Positions 30,318 through 40,934 of a stretch of 64,000 bases of DNA are shown here, in pieces. Position 1 is the first letter of the stretch, and each line of letters starts with the position of its first letter. The stretch comes from Spirochaetia bacterium (GTDB lineage Bacteria; Spirochaetota; Spirochaetia; DSM-2461), in the NCBI GenBank assembly GCA_963668315.1, contig OY764216.1, positions 3,264,001-3,328,000 on the forward strand. The letters run 5' to 3'. The notes beneath the pieces are model-generated. The model had not been told where the DNA came from and made no database searches. It worked only from the letters and a program-made list of their open reading frames with translations. Position numbers and translations under genes: made by a program.

Positions 30318-31270
30318 CAGTGTTTTTTACAAGTGATTCACAATCGATTTTCAATTATAGAAATTTTATCATGTCTATGGATAAGATCGTTATATTCTCT
30401 CCCTACATAAAAGAGTCAGCCATAAAAACTTTATTAGAGGGTTCTGAAAGTAAGGTAGAGACAATTATTACTACTTGGAAACCTATGGATTTAGCCATAG
30501 GAGTTACTGATCTTAGTATTTATCCCTATTGTAAAAAGTACAATATTCAACTTCTGATAAATAATCGGATCCATTTGAAAAGTATAGTATCAAGAAATTT
30601 TGGAAGTTGTACTATTTCTTCTGCAAATCTAACCAATAAAGGATTAGCATTATCTAATAATTATAATTTTGAACTTGGAACAATTAAGGATAATCTTTCC
30701 ATTGAGGAGAAGTGTTATTTTGATTCGATTATAGATAATTCGATTCTTGTTACAGATGACTATTATATGAGGATTAAAGAACAGGTTGAAAACATACCAG
30801 AAAAGATTCTTGACGTTCCTGAAGAGTTTGTACAACCACCAAAGGAGGAGAGATGTCTATCATCTGAATTGCCATATTTTGATAAACCACAAGATTTATT
30901 TGATGTCATTACTAACAGAGAAAATTACAGTGAAGAAGAAATCCGAAGTGCAATACATGATCTTAGGTTATATAATGTCATTAACGTAAATAATCAACAA
31001 CAGCTAATCACAGTACTGAGGAAAGAATTTAGGAATCATTTCTTTATTAAAGAATTTCTTAAGTTTAATTCTGATGGTAAACGATTTGGAGAATTAACAG
31101 CATGGCTTCATGATAAGATTGAAAACGTCCCTTCCCCAAAACGATATGAAGTGAAAGAATATTTACAGAGAATATATACATATATTGGATATTTACTTGA
31201 GGATGAATTCCAAATAACTATTCCGGGACGTCATTCTCAGGTTTTACAGAGGATAAGTAAATATGAGTGA
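30314..31270 (+). CDS. Phospholipase D-family (HKD) nuclease-like protein
   Basis: FSPYIK, IHLK, SSANLT...NFELG; TTG start overlaps the WYL-2 stop. Confidence 0.75.
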   Translation: MTVFFTSDSQSIFNYRNFIMSMDKIVIFSPYIKESAIKTLLEGSESKVETIITTWKPMDLAIGVTDLSIYPYCKKYNIQLLINNRIHLKSIVSRNFGSCTISSANLTNKGLALSNNYNFELGTIKDNLSIEEKCYFDSIIDNSILVTDDYYMRIKEQVENIPEKILDVPEEFVQPPKEERCLSSELPYFDKPQDLFDVITNRENYSEEEIRSAIHDLRLYNVINVNNQQQLITVLRKEFRNHFFIKEFLKFNSDGKRFGELTAWLHDKIENVPSPKRYEVKEYLQRIYTYIGYLLEDEFQITIPGRHSQVLQRISKYE

Positions 31271-32027
31271 TAATATAGGGCAGTATATAAAGAATATCTC
31301 AGTTGGTATATCTGTTGGGATTAGTACAAGAGAAAGAAGAAATGAAATTTATAAAGGTATTGTTAAAAAGTTACTAACAAAAAGTGAGTTTCATACACAT
31401 GGGATAATGGTTGAATTAGTGGATGGAACGATTGGAAGAGTAAAAGAGATTTATTCTTCTAGCGATAAGAATAACGATAACAATAACCCTGAAAAAAAAA
31501 TACCTGAAGAAGAGCTCAATACAAATGAAAAGTTAAATAGTAATAGAACGCCCCAAATGGATTCAATCTCAATAGAAGAGGATGATACAGGTTATTCGTA
31601 TAGAAATTTATTTTACCCTTATATAAAGAATGCAACGGAAGTTGTTCTTGAAGATGCATATATTCGTATGGAACATCAAATAAAAAACCTTGGTTTCTTT
31701 TGTACTTTGTTTAGTGATCAGGATAATAAAATCAAGTTCCATCTTAAGACTAATTCAGATAATTCATTCAAAGAGCAGGAGCAAAAAAGAAAACTTGAAG
31801 AATTAAGAAAAAACCTTGATGAACTGAATATTCTCTTTACTTATGAATTTGATGAGACACTACATGATCGAATTATTCGGACAAATACTGGATGGAAAAT
31901 TATTCTTGGCCGGGGACTAGATATTTATAAAGATCCAGGTTCGTATTATTCTCCAGCAAATTTTGATCAGACAAAGCGGAAGTGTAAAAAAACAGAAATA
32001 GTATTTATTAGGAATAAAGATGATTGA
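31263..32027 (+). CDS. YwbE/DUF2196-like + MIT_C (PLD-like) fusion protein
   Basis: N-terminal GIVKKLLTKSEFHTHGIMVELVDGTIGRVKEI; C-terminal GYSYRNLF...EDAYIR...LHDRIIRTNTGWKIILGRGLDIY. Confidence 0.7.
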   Translation: MSDNIGQYIKNISVGISVGISTRERRNEIYKGIVKKLLTKSEFHTHGIMVELVDGTIGRVKEIYSSSDKNNDNNNPEKKIPEEELNTNEKLNSNRTPQMDSISIEEDDTGYSYRNLFYPYIKNATEVVLEDAYIRMEHQIKNLGFFCTLFSDQDNKIKFHLKTNSDNSFKEQEQKRKLEELRKNLDELNILFTYEFDETLHDRIIRTNTGWKIILGRGLDIYKDPGSYYSPANFDQTKRKCKKTEIVFIRNKDD

Positions 32028-33633
32028 ATTAGAAAATGTGTTATTCAGAATGGGACTTACAGATTTGGAAGTTTTAGTAAATCCTGTTGTATATGAGCTG
32101 ATCAGTTTATATGAAAAAAACCCCAATAAAAAATCTATTATATCAATGATTCTTAAAACAAATGATATGGGGACTTTCCTAATGAACAAAATCTCTAGGA
32201 ATCTCATTTTTGATTTTCTTACAGATGACGAGATAAATGATCTAATCAGACAGTTAGGTATTTCTTTAAGTGTATCTTCTAGAACAGATTTACAATATAC
32301 AAAATTCTCAAGTAGTAGGATTCAAATCCTAAGTGATTTTTTAGGAATAGAAATCACTTCTTTTATAGAAGAAATTACAGTAAATGAATGTATTCAAAAA
32401 GTTATACCAGAATATTCTCTATTCTTTCATCAAGAAGTTGCGGTGATGAATGTTCTCAATGTTCTAGATAAAAAGAATCGAGTTCTTTTACACATGCCAA
32501 CTGGATCTGGAAAAACTAGAACAAGTATGAATCTTATATCTCAGTTTTTTAGGCGTGTTATCGCAAAAGGTGGAAAACAAATAGTATTGTGGTTAGCTGA
32601 TACTGAGGAATTATGCGATCAAGCTGCTGATGAATTTATAAAGGCTTGGAAGAACTTAGGTTCTTGTCCTTTGAATGTATACCGTTTTTATGGTGATCAT
32701 GAGCAAGATTTTGAAAATATTAATACAGGAATTATCATTTCTGGACTTCAAAAGATGCTGTCCTTTTTATCTTGTAATCAAGAGGTTGTTTATAAATTAG
32801 CTTCTTCAACAAGTCTTGTCTTTTTTGATGAAGCTCATAAAATAATTGCTCCTACATATAAACATCTTGTAGAGTTATTTACATTGACAGTATCACAAAA
32901 AACGAAATTAATTGGTCTTACTGCAACACCAGGGAGATCAATCGTTGATGAAAGTGAAAATGATAGGTTAGCATCTTTTTTTGATTATTCGAAAGTTACA
33001 TTAAGAGTTGAAGGATATGATAATCCAGTTGAATATCTACAAGATGAGGGATATTTAGCTCAAGTCGAATATCATGAAATACCATATTATTCGGAAAATC
33101 TATCGCTTACACAAAGTGAGATAGATCAGATTTCAAGTGGAAATGATATTAGTATACGAATATTAAAAAAACTTGGGCTTGATGCTGTTAGAAACTTAAA
33201 GGTGCTTAATAAAACATTAGATGAAGTTAAGTTAAATAGTCATATTATTATATTTGCTTGTTCTGTTGAAAATGCCATAGCCATAAATTCATTATTACAA
33301 TATAAGGATATAAAAAGCGGGATTGTAATTTCAAAACAGGATAAGACTACACGTCGGCTAACTATTGAGAAGTATAGAACTGGAGAATTGGATGTTATTG
33401 TTAATTATGGTGTATTAACTACAGGTTTTGATGTTCCTAGTACAAATGTGGCGATTATAGCAAGGCCAACAATGTCATTAACTCTTTATAGTCAAATGGT
33501 TGGTCGAGCAATTCGAGGAGAAAAAGCTGGTGGAAATAGTCATAGTAGGATTTATACGGTAGTTGATAATATAATTCCTGGATTTAGAAGTGTTGTTAAG
33601 TCATTTGACCATTGGGATGATGTCTGGAAGTAA
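32020..33633 (+). CDS. SF2 DEAD/DEAH-box helicase (ResIII-like)
   Basis: MPTGSGKT, DEAH, GLTATP, TGFDVP, QMVGRAIR. Confidence 0.9.
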   Translation: MIELENVLFRMGLTDLEVLVNPVVYELISLYEKNPNKKSIISMILKTNDMGTFLMNKISRNLIFDFLTDDEINDLIRQLGISLSVSSRTDLQYTKFSSSRIQILSDFLGIEITSFIEEITVNECIQKVIPEYSLFFHQEVAVMNVLNVLDKKNRVLLHMPTGSGKTRTSMNLISQFFRRVIAKGGKQIVLWLADTEELCDQAADEFIKAWKNLGSCPLNVYRFYGDHEQDFENINTGIIISGLQKMLSFLSCNQEVVYKLASSTSLVFFDEAHKIIAPTYKHLVELFTLTVSQKTKLIGLTATPGRSIVDESENDRLASFFDYSKVTLRVEGYDNPVEYLQDEGYLAQVEYHEIPYYSENLSLTQSEIDQISSGNDISIRILKKLGLDAVRNLKVLNKTLDEVKLNSHIIIFACSVENAIAINSLLQYKDIKSGIVISKQDKTTRRLTIEKYRTGELDVIVNYGVLTTGFDVPSTNVAIIARPTMSLTLYSQMVGRAIRGEKAGGNSHSRIYTVVDNIIPGFRSVVKSFDHWDDVWK

Positions 33634-33648
33634 TAGGAGAGATAATAG

Positions 33649-35451
33649 ATGGATTATAGAATATTTCCTACTGAATTAGTAATAGATTCTATGAAGGATA
33701 GTGGTTACAAAGATGCCGCTCATGCTGTTGCCGAATTGATTGATAATAGCATTCAGGCAGGTGAGGAATTAAGTCAAAAAACTGAAGTTGAGTTGATTTG
33801 TATAGAAAAAGATCAATTTTTATCTGAAAGAAGAACATCGCATATAGAGAAAATTGCTGTCTACGATAATGCTTGTGGAATGACAAAAGATATTCTTTCT
33901 TTTGCTTTGGCTTTTGGTCATGGAACTAGAAAAAATGCTTCATCAGGAATGGGGAAATTCGGAATGGGATTACCTAATGCTTCAATTTCTCAATGTGATA
34001 GAGTTGATGTATGGAGTTGGGTTAATAACGAAATCTACCATACTTATTTGGATATAGATGAAATTATAGAACAGAAAAAAGAGATTGTTCCTGAACCCGT
34101 ATTAAAGGAATTCTTACCTGTGGAATGGGTAAAACGAATTTCTTCTGAAATTCGAGAGTCGGGAACTTTAATTGTTTGGAGTAAACTAGAACGGTTAAAA
34201 TGGAAAAGGCATAAAGCATTTTTTTCAAATACAGAATTTATTATTGGACGAATGTATAGATATTTTATTCGTGATAATAAATGCTCTATTCGATTTGCAG
34301 CATATTCAAAAGATAGCACCGTATTAGCAGAAACATACGTTAAACCAAATGATCCATTATATTTAATGACGAATTCGCAGGCCCCTTTTATTAAAGATAT
34401 TAATTGGGATTGTTCATCAGAGTCTGCCTTTTTTAATATAAATCCGACAGATCAAGAACTTAAAGTTAAATATAAAGGTTCTGAATCGTCAATATTTATC
34501 AGAACTACAAAAGCAAGAAAGGAAATAAGAAGACCTCTTGCTGAGTTAGGTAAAAACCCAGGTGATACTGCATTAGGTAAACAATGTGCTAAAAATCAAG
34601 GAATCTCAATTGTTCGATCAGGGAGAGAATTGGAATTAAATCGAAGTTTTGACATTGCATATGATCCTGTCGAGAGATTTTGGGGAATGGAGATCGAATT
34701 TTCTCCCTGTTTGGACGAAGTCTTTGGAGTAACAAATAATAAACAAGCGGCTACAGCTTTTAAACCTTATGATCGAAAAGAATTAGCAGAAGATGAGGGT
34801 TTGTTGCTATTTGAGTTTGAAGAGTATTTGGAGAATGAAGATGAAGCAAGATTCATTCTTCTGCAGGTGTCAAATGCTATAACAAGTCATTTGAAAGCGA
34901 TAAGAGCTGAATTAAAAAGAGATACAGAAGGTGTAAAAAAGAAGAATCAATCTGAAAATATAGATAGATCGGAACAAATTGCATCCGAATATAAATTGAC
35001 TGATGGTGAAACTGGATATAGTGAAACTCATAGTTTAGAACTCTCCGAAGATGATAAGAGACAAGAAATAATTGATGAATTACATTTTGATGGTTTAGAC
35101 CTTGATGATGAATTAATTGAACAAATTGTTCAGAATTGGCTTGATAAGGAAGGCTATATAATCACATCTGCTCCTATTAGAGCAAGTAGAGTTATATTTG
35201 ATGTCTCTTATCCGGCAGGGAAGCTTAAAGTTACTGTGAATGAGAATCATCCCGCGTTCAAACATTTTATTTCAGAACTAGATGAAGATGAGAGCGGAAA
35301 AGATATATTAAGACTTCTCTTTGCATCATGGGCTCGTTTAGAAGATAAGTATAGACTTCAATCAGATAAAGACGCTGAATTATTTGAGCAGATTAGAATG
35401 GAGTGGGGACAGATTGCAGAGAAGATGATTAGCAAATATATAGATTCTTAA
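33649..35451 (+). CDS. GHKL (MORC/Hsp90-like) ATPase
   Basis: AELIDNSIQA, DNACGM, GKFGMGL, SGTLIVW. Confidence 0.85.
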   Translation: MDYRIFPTELVIDSMKDSGYKDAAHAVAELIDNSIQAGEELSQKTEVELICIEKDQFLSERRTSHIEKIAVYDNACGMTKDILSFALAFGHGTRKNASSGMGKFGMGLPNASISQCDRVDVWSWVNNEIYHTYLDIDEIIEQKKEIVPEPVLKEFLPVEWVKRISSEIRESGTLIVWSKLERLKWKRHKAFFSNTEFIIGRMYRYFIRDNKCSIRFAAYSKDSTVLAETYVKPNDPLYLMTNSQAPFIKDINWDCSSESAFFNINPTDQELKVKYKGSESSIFIRTTKARKEIRRPLAELGKNPGDTALGKQCAKNQGISIVRSGRELELNRSFDIAYDPVERFWGMEIEFSPCLDEVFGVTNNKQAATAFKPYDRKELAEDEGLLLFEFEEYLENEDEARFILLQVSNAITSHLKAIRAELKRDTEGVKKKNQSENIDRSEQIASEYKLTDGETGYSETHSLELSEDDKRQEIIDELHFDGLDLDDELIEQIVQNWLDKEGYIITSAPIRASRVIFDVSYPAGKLKVTVNENHPAFKHFISELDEDESGKDILRLLFASWARLEDKYRLQSDKDAELFEQIRMEWGQIAEKMISKYIDS

Positions 35452-35551
35452 TGATGCTTCTCTATAATTATACCACTTGAATTAAAATTAACCTTTCTAT
35501 TTTCTCAATAGGAGTATATACTATAAAGTATCTCTGGGGAGGGGTAAAACT

Positions 35552-36730
35552 ATGCTTCCAGAAATGGATTCGAGCATATATTTTGATAATAATGCCACAA
35601 CACGACTAATTCCCGAAGTTATAGAAGAGCTTGAAAAAGTCATAGTAACACCCTACGGAAATCCTTCAAGCGCTCATAGTTTCGGAGATTTTAGTCGTAA
35701 AATAATTCAAAATGCTCGAAATAATGTCTCCTTATTATTAGGTTGTAATGATGATCAGATAATGTTTACATCAGGTGCATCAGAAGCGAATCTAACTGTT
35801 CTTCAAAATGTACTGAATCGTAATGATGTCGCAAAATGCATAATTACATCACCTTCTGAGCATTCCTCAATTAAAGAGAACTGTGCCTTTCTATCATTTA
35901 AAGGTTTTCATGTTATTGAGCTAAGTTTAGATTCAAATGGAATAGTGAATATTGATCAACTGAAGAAGATTGTTGAAGAACATGATATCTCATTAGTCAC
36001 GATCGGGTGGGCTAATAATGAAACCGGTGTGATACAACCGATAGAAGAGATTGCTACAATATGTAAAGAAAGCAATATCCCCTTTCATACAGATGCTTCA
36101 CAATTTTTTGGAAGAGGTAAAATTGACGTTTCAAAGTTGAATATAGATTTTTTATCTTTTACAGGTCATAAATTGCATGCTCCACAAGGTATTGGTGCTT
36201 TATATGTTAAAACACCAAAGATGTTTATCCCTTTGCAACGTGGGGGAGAGCAGGAGCATCATATGAGAGCTGGGACTGAGAATGTTTTAGGGATTGCTGG
36301 ATTAGGCAAGGCAATTGAGTTGAGAATTCGTGATTTTGAAGATTCTCAACAGAGACTTCAATATTTAAGGGATTACTTCGAGAAATCAATCGAAAAGCAA
36401 ATTGATGGTATTAGGATAAATGGGAAAAAAACTCTGCGTACTCCAAATACAAGCAATATTCAATTTTGCGGTATTGATGGTAGAGCCTTAGTTGCTCAAT
36501 TAGATATGGCTGATGTGTATTGTTCTCAAACTTCTGCATGCACAAGTATGATTCCTGAGCCTTCAGCAACATTAAGAGCTATGGGACTATCTGTGGATGA
36601 AGCATTTGCATCAATACGGTTTAGTTTTGCTATAGATAATACATTCGAAGAGATAGATAGAGCGGTAGCTATTATTAAAGAAAAAGTGGAAACGATTAGA
36701 AGGTTTTATAACCTCCGGGGAGCAATATGA
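35552..36730 (+). CDS. sspA: Cysteine desulfurase (IscS/DndA/SspA type)
   Basis: YFDNNATT, NNETG, TGHKLHAP (PLP Lys), SACTS (catalytic Cys); coupled to the DUF4007 gene. Confidence 0.85.
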   Translation: MLPEMDSSIYFDNNATTRLIPEVIEELEKVIVTPYGNPSSAHSFGDFSRKIIQNARNNVSLLLGCNDDQIMFTSGASEANLTVLQNVLNRNDVAKCIITSPSEHSSIKENCAFLSFKGFHVIELSLDSNGIVNIDQLKKIVEEHDISLVTIGWANNETGVIQPIEEIATICKESNIPFHTDASQFFGRGKIDVSKLNIDFLSFTGHKLHAPQGIGALYVKTPKMFIPLQRGGEQEHHMRAGTENVLGIAGLGKAIELRIRDFEDSQQRLQYLRDYFEKSIEKQIDGIRINGKKTLRTPNTSNIQFCGIDGRALVAQLDMADVYCSQTSACTSMIPEPSATLRAMGLSVDEAFASIRFSFAIDNTFEEIDRAVAIIKEKVETIRRFYNLRGAI

Positions 36731-37647
36731 GATTTGGTGGTCATCAAACATTCTCAATACGAGATGGTTGGTTGTATAAAGGTCTTGAATTACTAATGGA
36801 TACAACAGAAGCCTGGAAGTTAACGGATGATTTTGCCATGGATTATTTGGGTGTTGGTCGAAATATGGCTAAATCTATCAACCACTGGTTGCTTGCGACA
36901 GGTTTAGCAGAGAAAGCAACTGAGACTAATGAAAAGGGCAAGACTATCATAAAAAAGGACTTAATTCCGACTCCTCTTGCTCAAATAATATGGAATAAAG
37001 ATCCCTATTTTCTTGATTTAAATACATGGTGGTTTCTTCATATTAATCTCATTCATAACGAAAGTGACGCAGCTTCATGGAATTGGTTTTTTAATAATTT
37101 CTCTATGGAGAGATTTCAAAAAGAAAAATGTGTTAAGAGTTTGGAGCGATATGAGAAAATCCATTCATCAAGAGTTCCTTCCATTACGACCCTTGATAGG
37201 GATATTAGTTGTTTATTAAGCAGTTATTCTGTAGATATCCCTTCCATGAAGAAAGATCCGGAAGATGAGATTGATTGTCCTTTCCAAGAATTAGGATTAA
37301 TGAAGTCATTTAGACATTCCGGATTTTTTGAATTAAATAGGAACAGTAAGGATATTTGTCCAGAAGTCTTTTTATATGCATTAACATTATCGAATCCATC
37401 AGATAGTGATATTAAGAAAATTGATATTCCTTTCTTTGATATGATCAATAAGCAAAGTAGTCCTAGTAAGGTTTTTCTTCTTGGGAATGAAGGTGTTTTT
37501 GAGCTTTTATTAGCATTGGAAGCAAAATCTTCAGATATATCGATTCATGGTTTAGCGGGAGAGAGACTAATTCAGTACACCAATAATTCCCCTATTCATT
37601 GGATAAAACGTTATTTTGAACAAGACTCAGAGAGAGAAGCTATATGA
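36727..37647 (+). CDS. sspB: DUF4007 protein (SspB-like)
   Basis: FGGHQTFSIRDGWLYKG, LGVGRNMAKSINHWL, DPYF, DPEDEIDCPFQELGL. Confidence 0.85.
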   Translation: MRFGGHQTFSIRDGWLYKGLELLMDTTEAWKLTDDFAMDYLGVGRNMAKSINHWLLATGLAEKATETNEKGKTIIKKDLIPTPLAQIIWNKDPYFLDLNTWWFLHINLIHNESDAASWNWFFNNFSMERFQKEKCVKSLERYEKIHSSRVPSITTLDRDISCLLSSYSVDIPSMKKDPEDEIDCPFQELGLMKSFRHSGFFELNRNSKDICPEVFLYALTLSNPSDSDIKKIDIPFFDMINKQSSPSKVFLLGNEGVFELLLALEAKSSDISIHGLAGERLIQYTNNSPIHWIKRYFEQDSEREAI

Positions 37648-40600
37648 TTGCAGAAAAAGAAAGTTTAAACATTCAAGATATATTAAGATCTATCAATATT
37701 TTATATGATGCAGAAAACGCACAGCGAATTGCTCATTTTCAACCGACAAGCAAAGCTGTTGTTCTTATAGAGTCATTACTAGGTCTTAGGAAGGACAAAG
37801 CCTTTTTTATATCTGCTCCTTATGGTTCTGGTAAGTCTATTACTAGCACATATTTATTACATAGTATTGAAAACCGAAAAGAGTCATATGATGTTCTAAA
37901 TTCATTACATGATCGCGTTATTAACGTTTCACCGGATGCGGGGACACTATTAAAATCTCGTTTAACACAAGGAAATAAAGGAATTGTGATAGCTCTTCAG
38001 GGTTATCAGGAAAATCTGAATGATGCTATAAAACAAGCGATAATACATAGTCTAGAAAGGCATAAACTAGATTCAAACAAAATCCTAGAAGGATTGAAGT
38101 TCAACAGTCTAAATAATGCTATTCAAAGTATAATAGAGGTTAGATCTAAAGGATTCGATAGTATCTGTATTATTTGGGATGAGTTTGGACGTCATATCGA
38201 GAGTTTGATTGAAGAAGGACAGTCATCTCAGTTAAATCATCTCCAAACCCTTGCTGAGTTTGCTAGCCGTTCGGATGTTCCTTTTACATTGGGACTTCTT
38301 TTGCATCAGAACTTAATGAATTATGCAGGAAAAACTCCTCAGTCAGTTAAACGGGAATGGAAGAAAATAGAAGGACGTTTTGAAACTATCCAATACATTG
38401 ATGATTCTAAGGAAATTTATTCTCTTATTGCTAATGTGATAGAGAATATAAAAGAGGATGATTCAGAAAAATTTATTTCTTTTCCCCAAATTGATGTCTT
38501 CCATCAGAATAAACTTTTCCTTGAATTCTCTAAAGAACAATTATTTGAAATCTTCAAAAAGGCTTTTCCATTATCTCCTGCCGCTCTATTTATATTGCCA
38601 AAATTATCTTCTCGTATTGCCCAGCATGAGAGAACACTCTTTACTTTTCTCAATGCGGTAGATTTTAAGCAGAGAATCCACGTCGGTGTCTTATACGATT
38701 ATTTCTCCGATGCCATGAGTCAAGATACAGCTGTAGGTGGAGTTTACCATCAGTGGTCCGTAACAGAGAGTGCTATTAGTAAGGTTGATGATCCTTTTGA
38801 AATTGAAGTATTGAAAACTCTCAGTTTGTTGAACGTTTCTACGGCAATTGATAAGGGGAGAGTCTCAAAAGATTTATTATCTGAATCATTACAGCAAAAT
38901 GGTTTTGATGATCATGCAATTAGTAGTGTAGTTGATCGTTTACTAGAGAAAAAACTACTTCTTTATAGAAAGAATACTGATTCTATTACAATTTGGCATG
39001 GCACTGAAGTGGATTTATTCAGCCGATTGCGAGATGAGAAGGATCGTTTATCTAGTTCTTTTGATGTAATCGAATATATCGAGACCCATTTTGAGCCAAC
39101 ACACTGGAAACCCGTTGAATATAATAATCAGAATAAGATTCATCGTTATTTTAGAAGCGAGTACATTGGATTTGAAAAATTAAAGATTCTTATTAGCGAA
39201 GGAATTGATAGTCTATTCAAAAATAATTACGACGATGGACGATTGTTTTTTTATATTCCTTCATCAGACGATGAATTAAAGATGGGGAAAAACCTTATTT
39301 TTGAAGAGGGACAGCACAATCAAATCCTATGGGCAATTCCTCATAATAAGTTAGATATATATGATATAGCCCTTGAAGTTGCAAGCTATACAAATATGCT
39401 TGAAGACACATCTTTATTAGAATCTGATCCTTTTATCGAAGATGAAATTAATCAACTATTAGATGATTCAATGGAGTATCTTCAGAAGCTTGTAGATACA
39501 GCAACTAAGCCATCTAAGAAAGGGCCAATTTTTATATACAGTAATGATGCAATTGCGATTTCTTCACCCCGAGAGTTACGTAATTATCTTTCTTATATCA
39601 TGAATGATGTATTTAATCTGACTCCAATTTTAAATAATGAGATGATTGTTAAGCAAAATCTCCGTTCTAATCTTGTTAATGGTAGAAAGAAATTACTCTT
39701 TGCTATTATGGATAATACGGGAGCAAAGGATTTGAATCTTGAAGGATTTACTCCCGATGTTTCTATGTTTAGATCCTTACTCTTAAATTCTGGTTTATAC
39801 AGGCAGGTAGGAACAGGGGAGGGTGTTGATACTTGGGTTTTTGCTAAAACATCAGAAATCAGAGATGAAGGTCTAAAAGCTGTCTGGGAAGAACTACAGA
39901 GATTCTTTACAACACCTGGTGAGAAAAAACAATTTTCTCAATTGCTTGATAATTTAAAAAGACCTCCCTATGGATTAAGAAAAGGCGTTATACCCATTCT
40001 AATTGCCAGTGCCTTAAGAGCCTTTCCGAGTGTCATTTCTATAACACATATGAAAGAAGGATATTTAAGCGATATACTTCCTTCTGATTTGGAGAAAATT
40101 TGCGAGTCTCCAGAAGAGTATCTTTTAGCTGTGGAATCTTTAAATGATACGAGAACTCTTTTATTAACAAAATTATATGAGTTGTTTGCTCCTGAAGGAA
40201 ATATCAGTTCCCGTGAAATGGATTTAATTAGAAAGACATATGACGCTATAGAAATGTGGAAGAGTAACCTTCCTGAAGCCTCTATGACTTCTCGACGAAT
40301 ATCTCAGGATACTAGGATTTTTCAAGAGATTATTCGATCGATAAAAGATCCTCGTAATACTTTCTTTCAAAAGATCCCGAGTAAGTTCAATAGTACTGAT
40401 ATCGATTATCTTTTTTCTGCTGTTAAGAAAAGCAAAGAGGAGTTAGAAGGGATAACTGAAGCTTATTACGACTTAGCAGCAAAAAGTATTCTGAGCACCT
40501 TACAAATGCCTTCTTTGGAAATATCCGGTGTTAGTCATGCTGTAGGGACCTGGGTCACGTATCTACCGGATGAACTCTTCAAACGGTTTAAAGACTCTAT

Positions 40601-40934
40601 TGCTAAAGCCTTATTAGTCCGATTAAGAATGCCCTATGAAGATCATCGATTATTGATAGATTCCGTTGCTGGGTTATTGATCGGAAAACCCGTTAGCAAA
40701 TGGGATGATAGTACATTTACTGTTTTCGAAAGAGAGTTTCAAGAGAACATTCACCGTATAGAAGATTATGTACTGAATCATACTCCCCAGGGGCATAAGG
40801 GTAAGGCACATATGAATCTTGCTAATTTAGCACTAACCAGAATTGATTCCCTTTATAGGAAAGTCTGTGATCTTATCGGAGATGAAGAAGAAGCAAGACG
40901 TCTTATAAATGAGAAGTTAAATGGAGGAATATAA
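37644..40934 (+). CDS. sspC: Large P-loop ATPase (SspC-like)
   Basis: Walker A APYGSGKS, Walker B IIWDEFG, EWKKIEGRF, QHERTLFTFL, PPYGLRKG. Confidence 0.85.
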   Translation: MIAEKESLNIQDILRSINILYDAENAQRIAHFQPTSKAVVLIESLLGLRKDKAFFISAPYGSGKSITSTYLLHSIENRKESYDVLNSLHDRVINVSPDAGTLLKSRLTQGNKGIVIALQGYQENLNDAIKQAIIHSLERHKLDSNKILEGLKFNSLNNAIQSIIEVRSKGFDSICIIWDEFGRHIESLIEEGQSSQLNHLQTLAEFASRSDVPFTLGLLLHQNLMNYAGKTPQSVKREWKKIEGRFETIQYIDDSKEIYSLIANVIENIKEDDSEKFISFPQIDVFHQNKLFLEFSKEQLFEIFKKAFPLSPAALFILPKLSSRIAQHERTLFTFLNAVDFKQRIHVGVLYDYFSDAMSQDTAVGGVYHQWSVTESAISKVDDPFEIEVLKTLSLLNVSTAIDKGRVSKDLLSESLQQNGFDDHAISSVVDRLLEKKLLLYRKNTDSITIWHGTEVDLFSRLRDEKDRLSSSFDVIEYIETHFEPTHWKPVEYNNQNKIHRYFRSEYIGFEKLKILISEGIDSLFKNNYDDGRLFFYIPSSDDELKMGKNLIFEEGQHNQILWAIPHNKLDIYDIALEVASYTNMLEDTSLLESDPFIEDEINQLLDDSMEYLQKLVDTATKPSKKGPIFIYSNDAIAISSPRELRNYLSYIMNDVFNLTPILNNEMIVKQNLRSNLVNGRKKLLFAIMDNTGAKDLNLEGFTPDVSMFRSLLLNSGLYRQVGTGEGVDTWVFAKTSEIRDEGLKAVWEELQRFFTTPGEKKQFSQLLDNLKRPPYGLRKGVIPILIASALRAFPSVISITHMKEGYLSDILPSDLEKICESPEEYLLAVESLNDTRTLLLTKLYELFAPEGNISSREMDLIRKTYDAIEMWKSNLPEASMTSRRISQDTRIFQEIIRSIKDPRNTFFQKIPSKFNSTDIDYLFSAVKKSKEELEGITEAYYDLAAKSILSTLQMPSLEISGVSHAVGTWVTYLPDELFKRFKDSIAKALLVRLRMPYEDHRLLIDSVAGLLIGKPVSKWDDSTFTVFEREFQENIHRIEDYVLNHTPQGHKGKAHMNLANLALTRIDSLYRKVCDLIGDEEEARRLINEKLNGGI

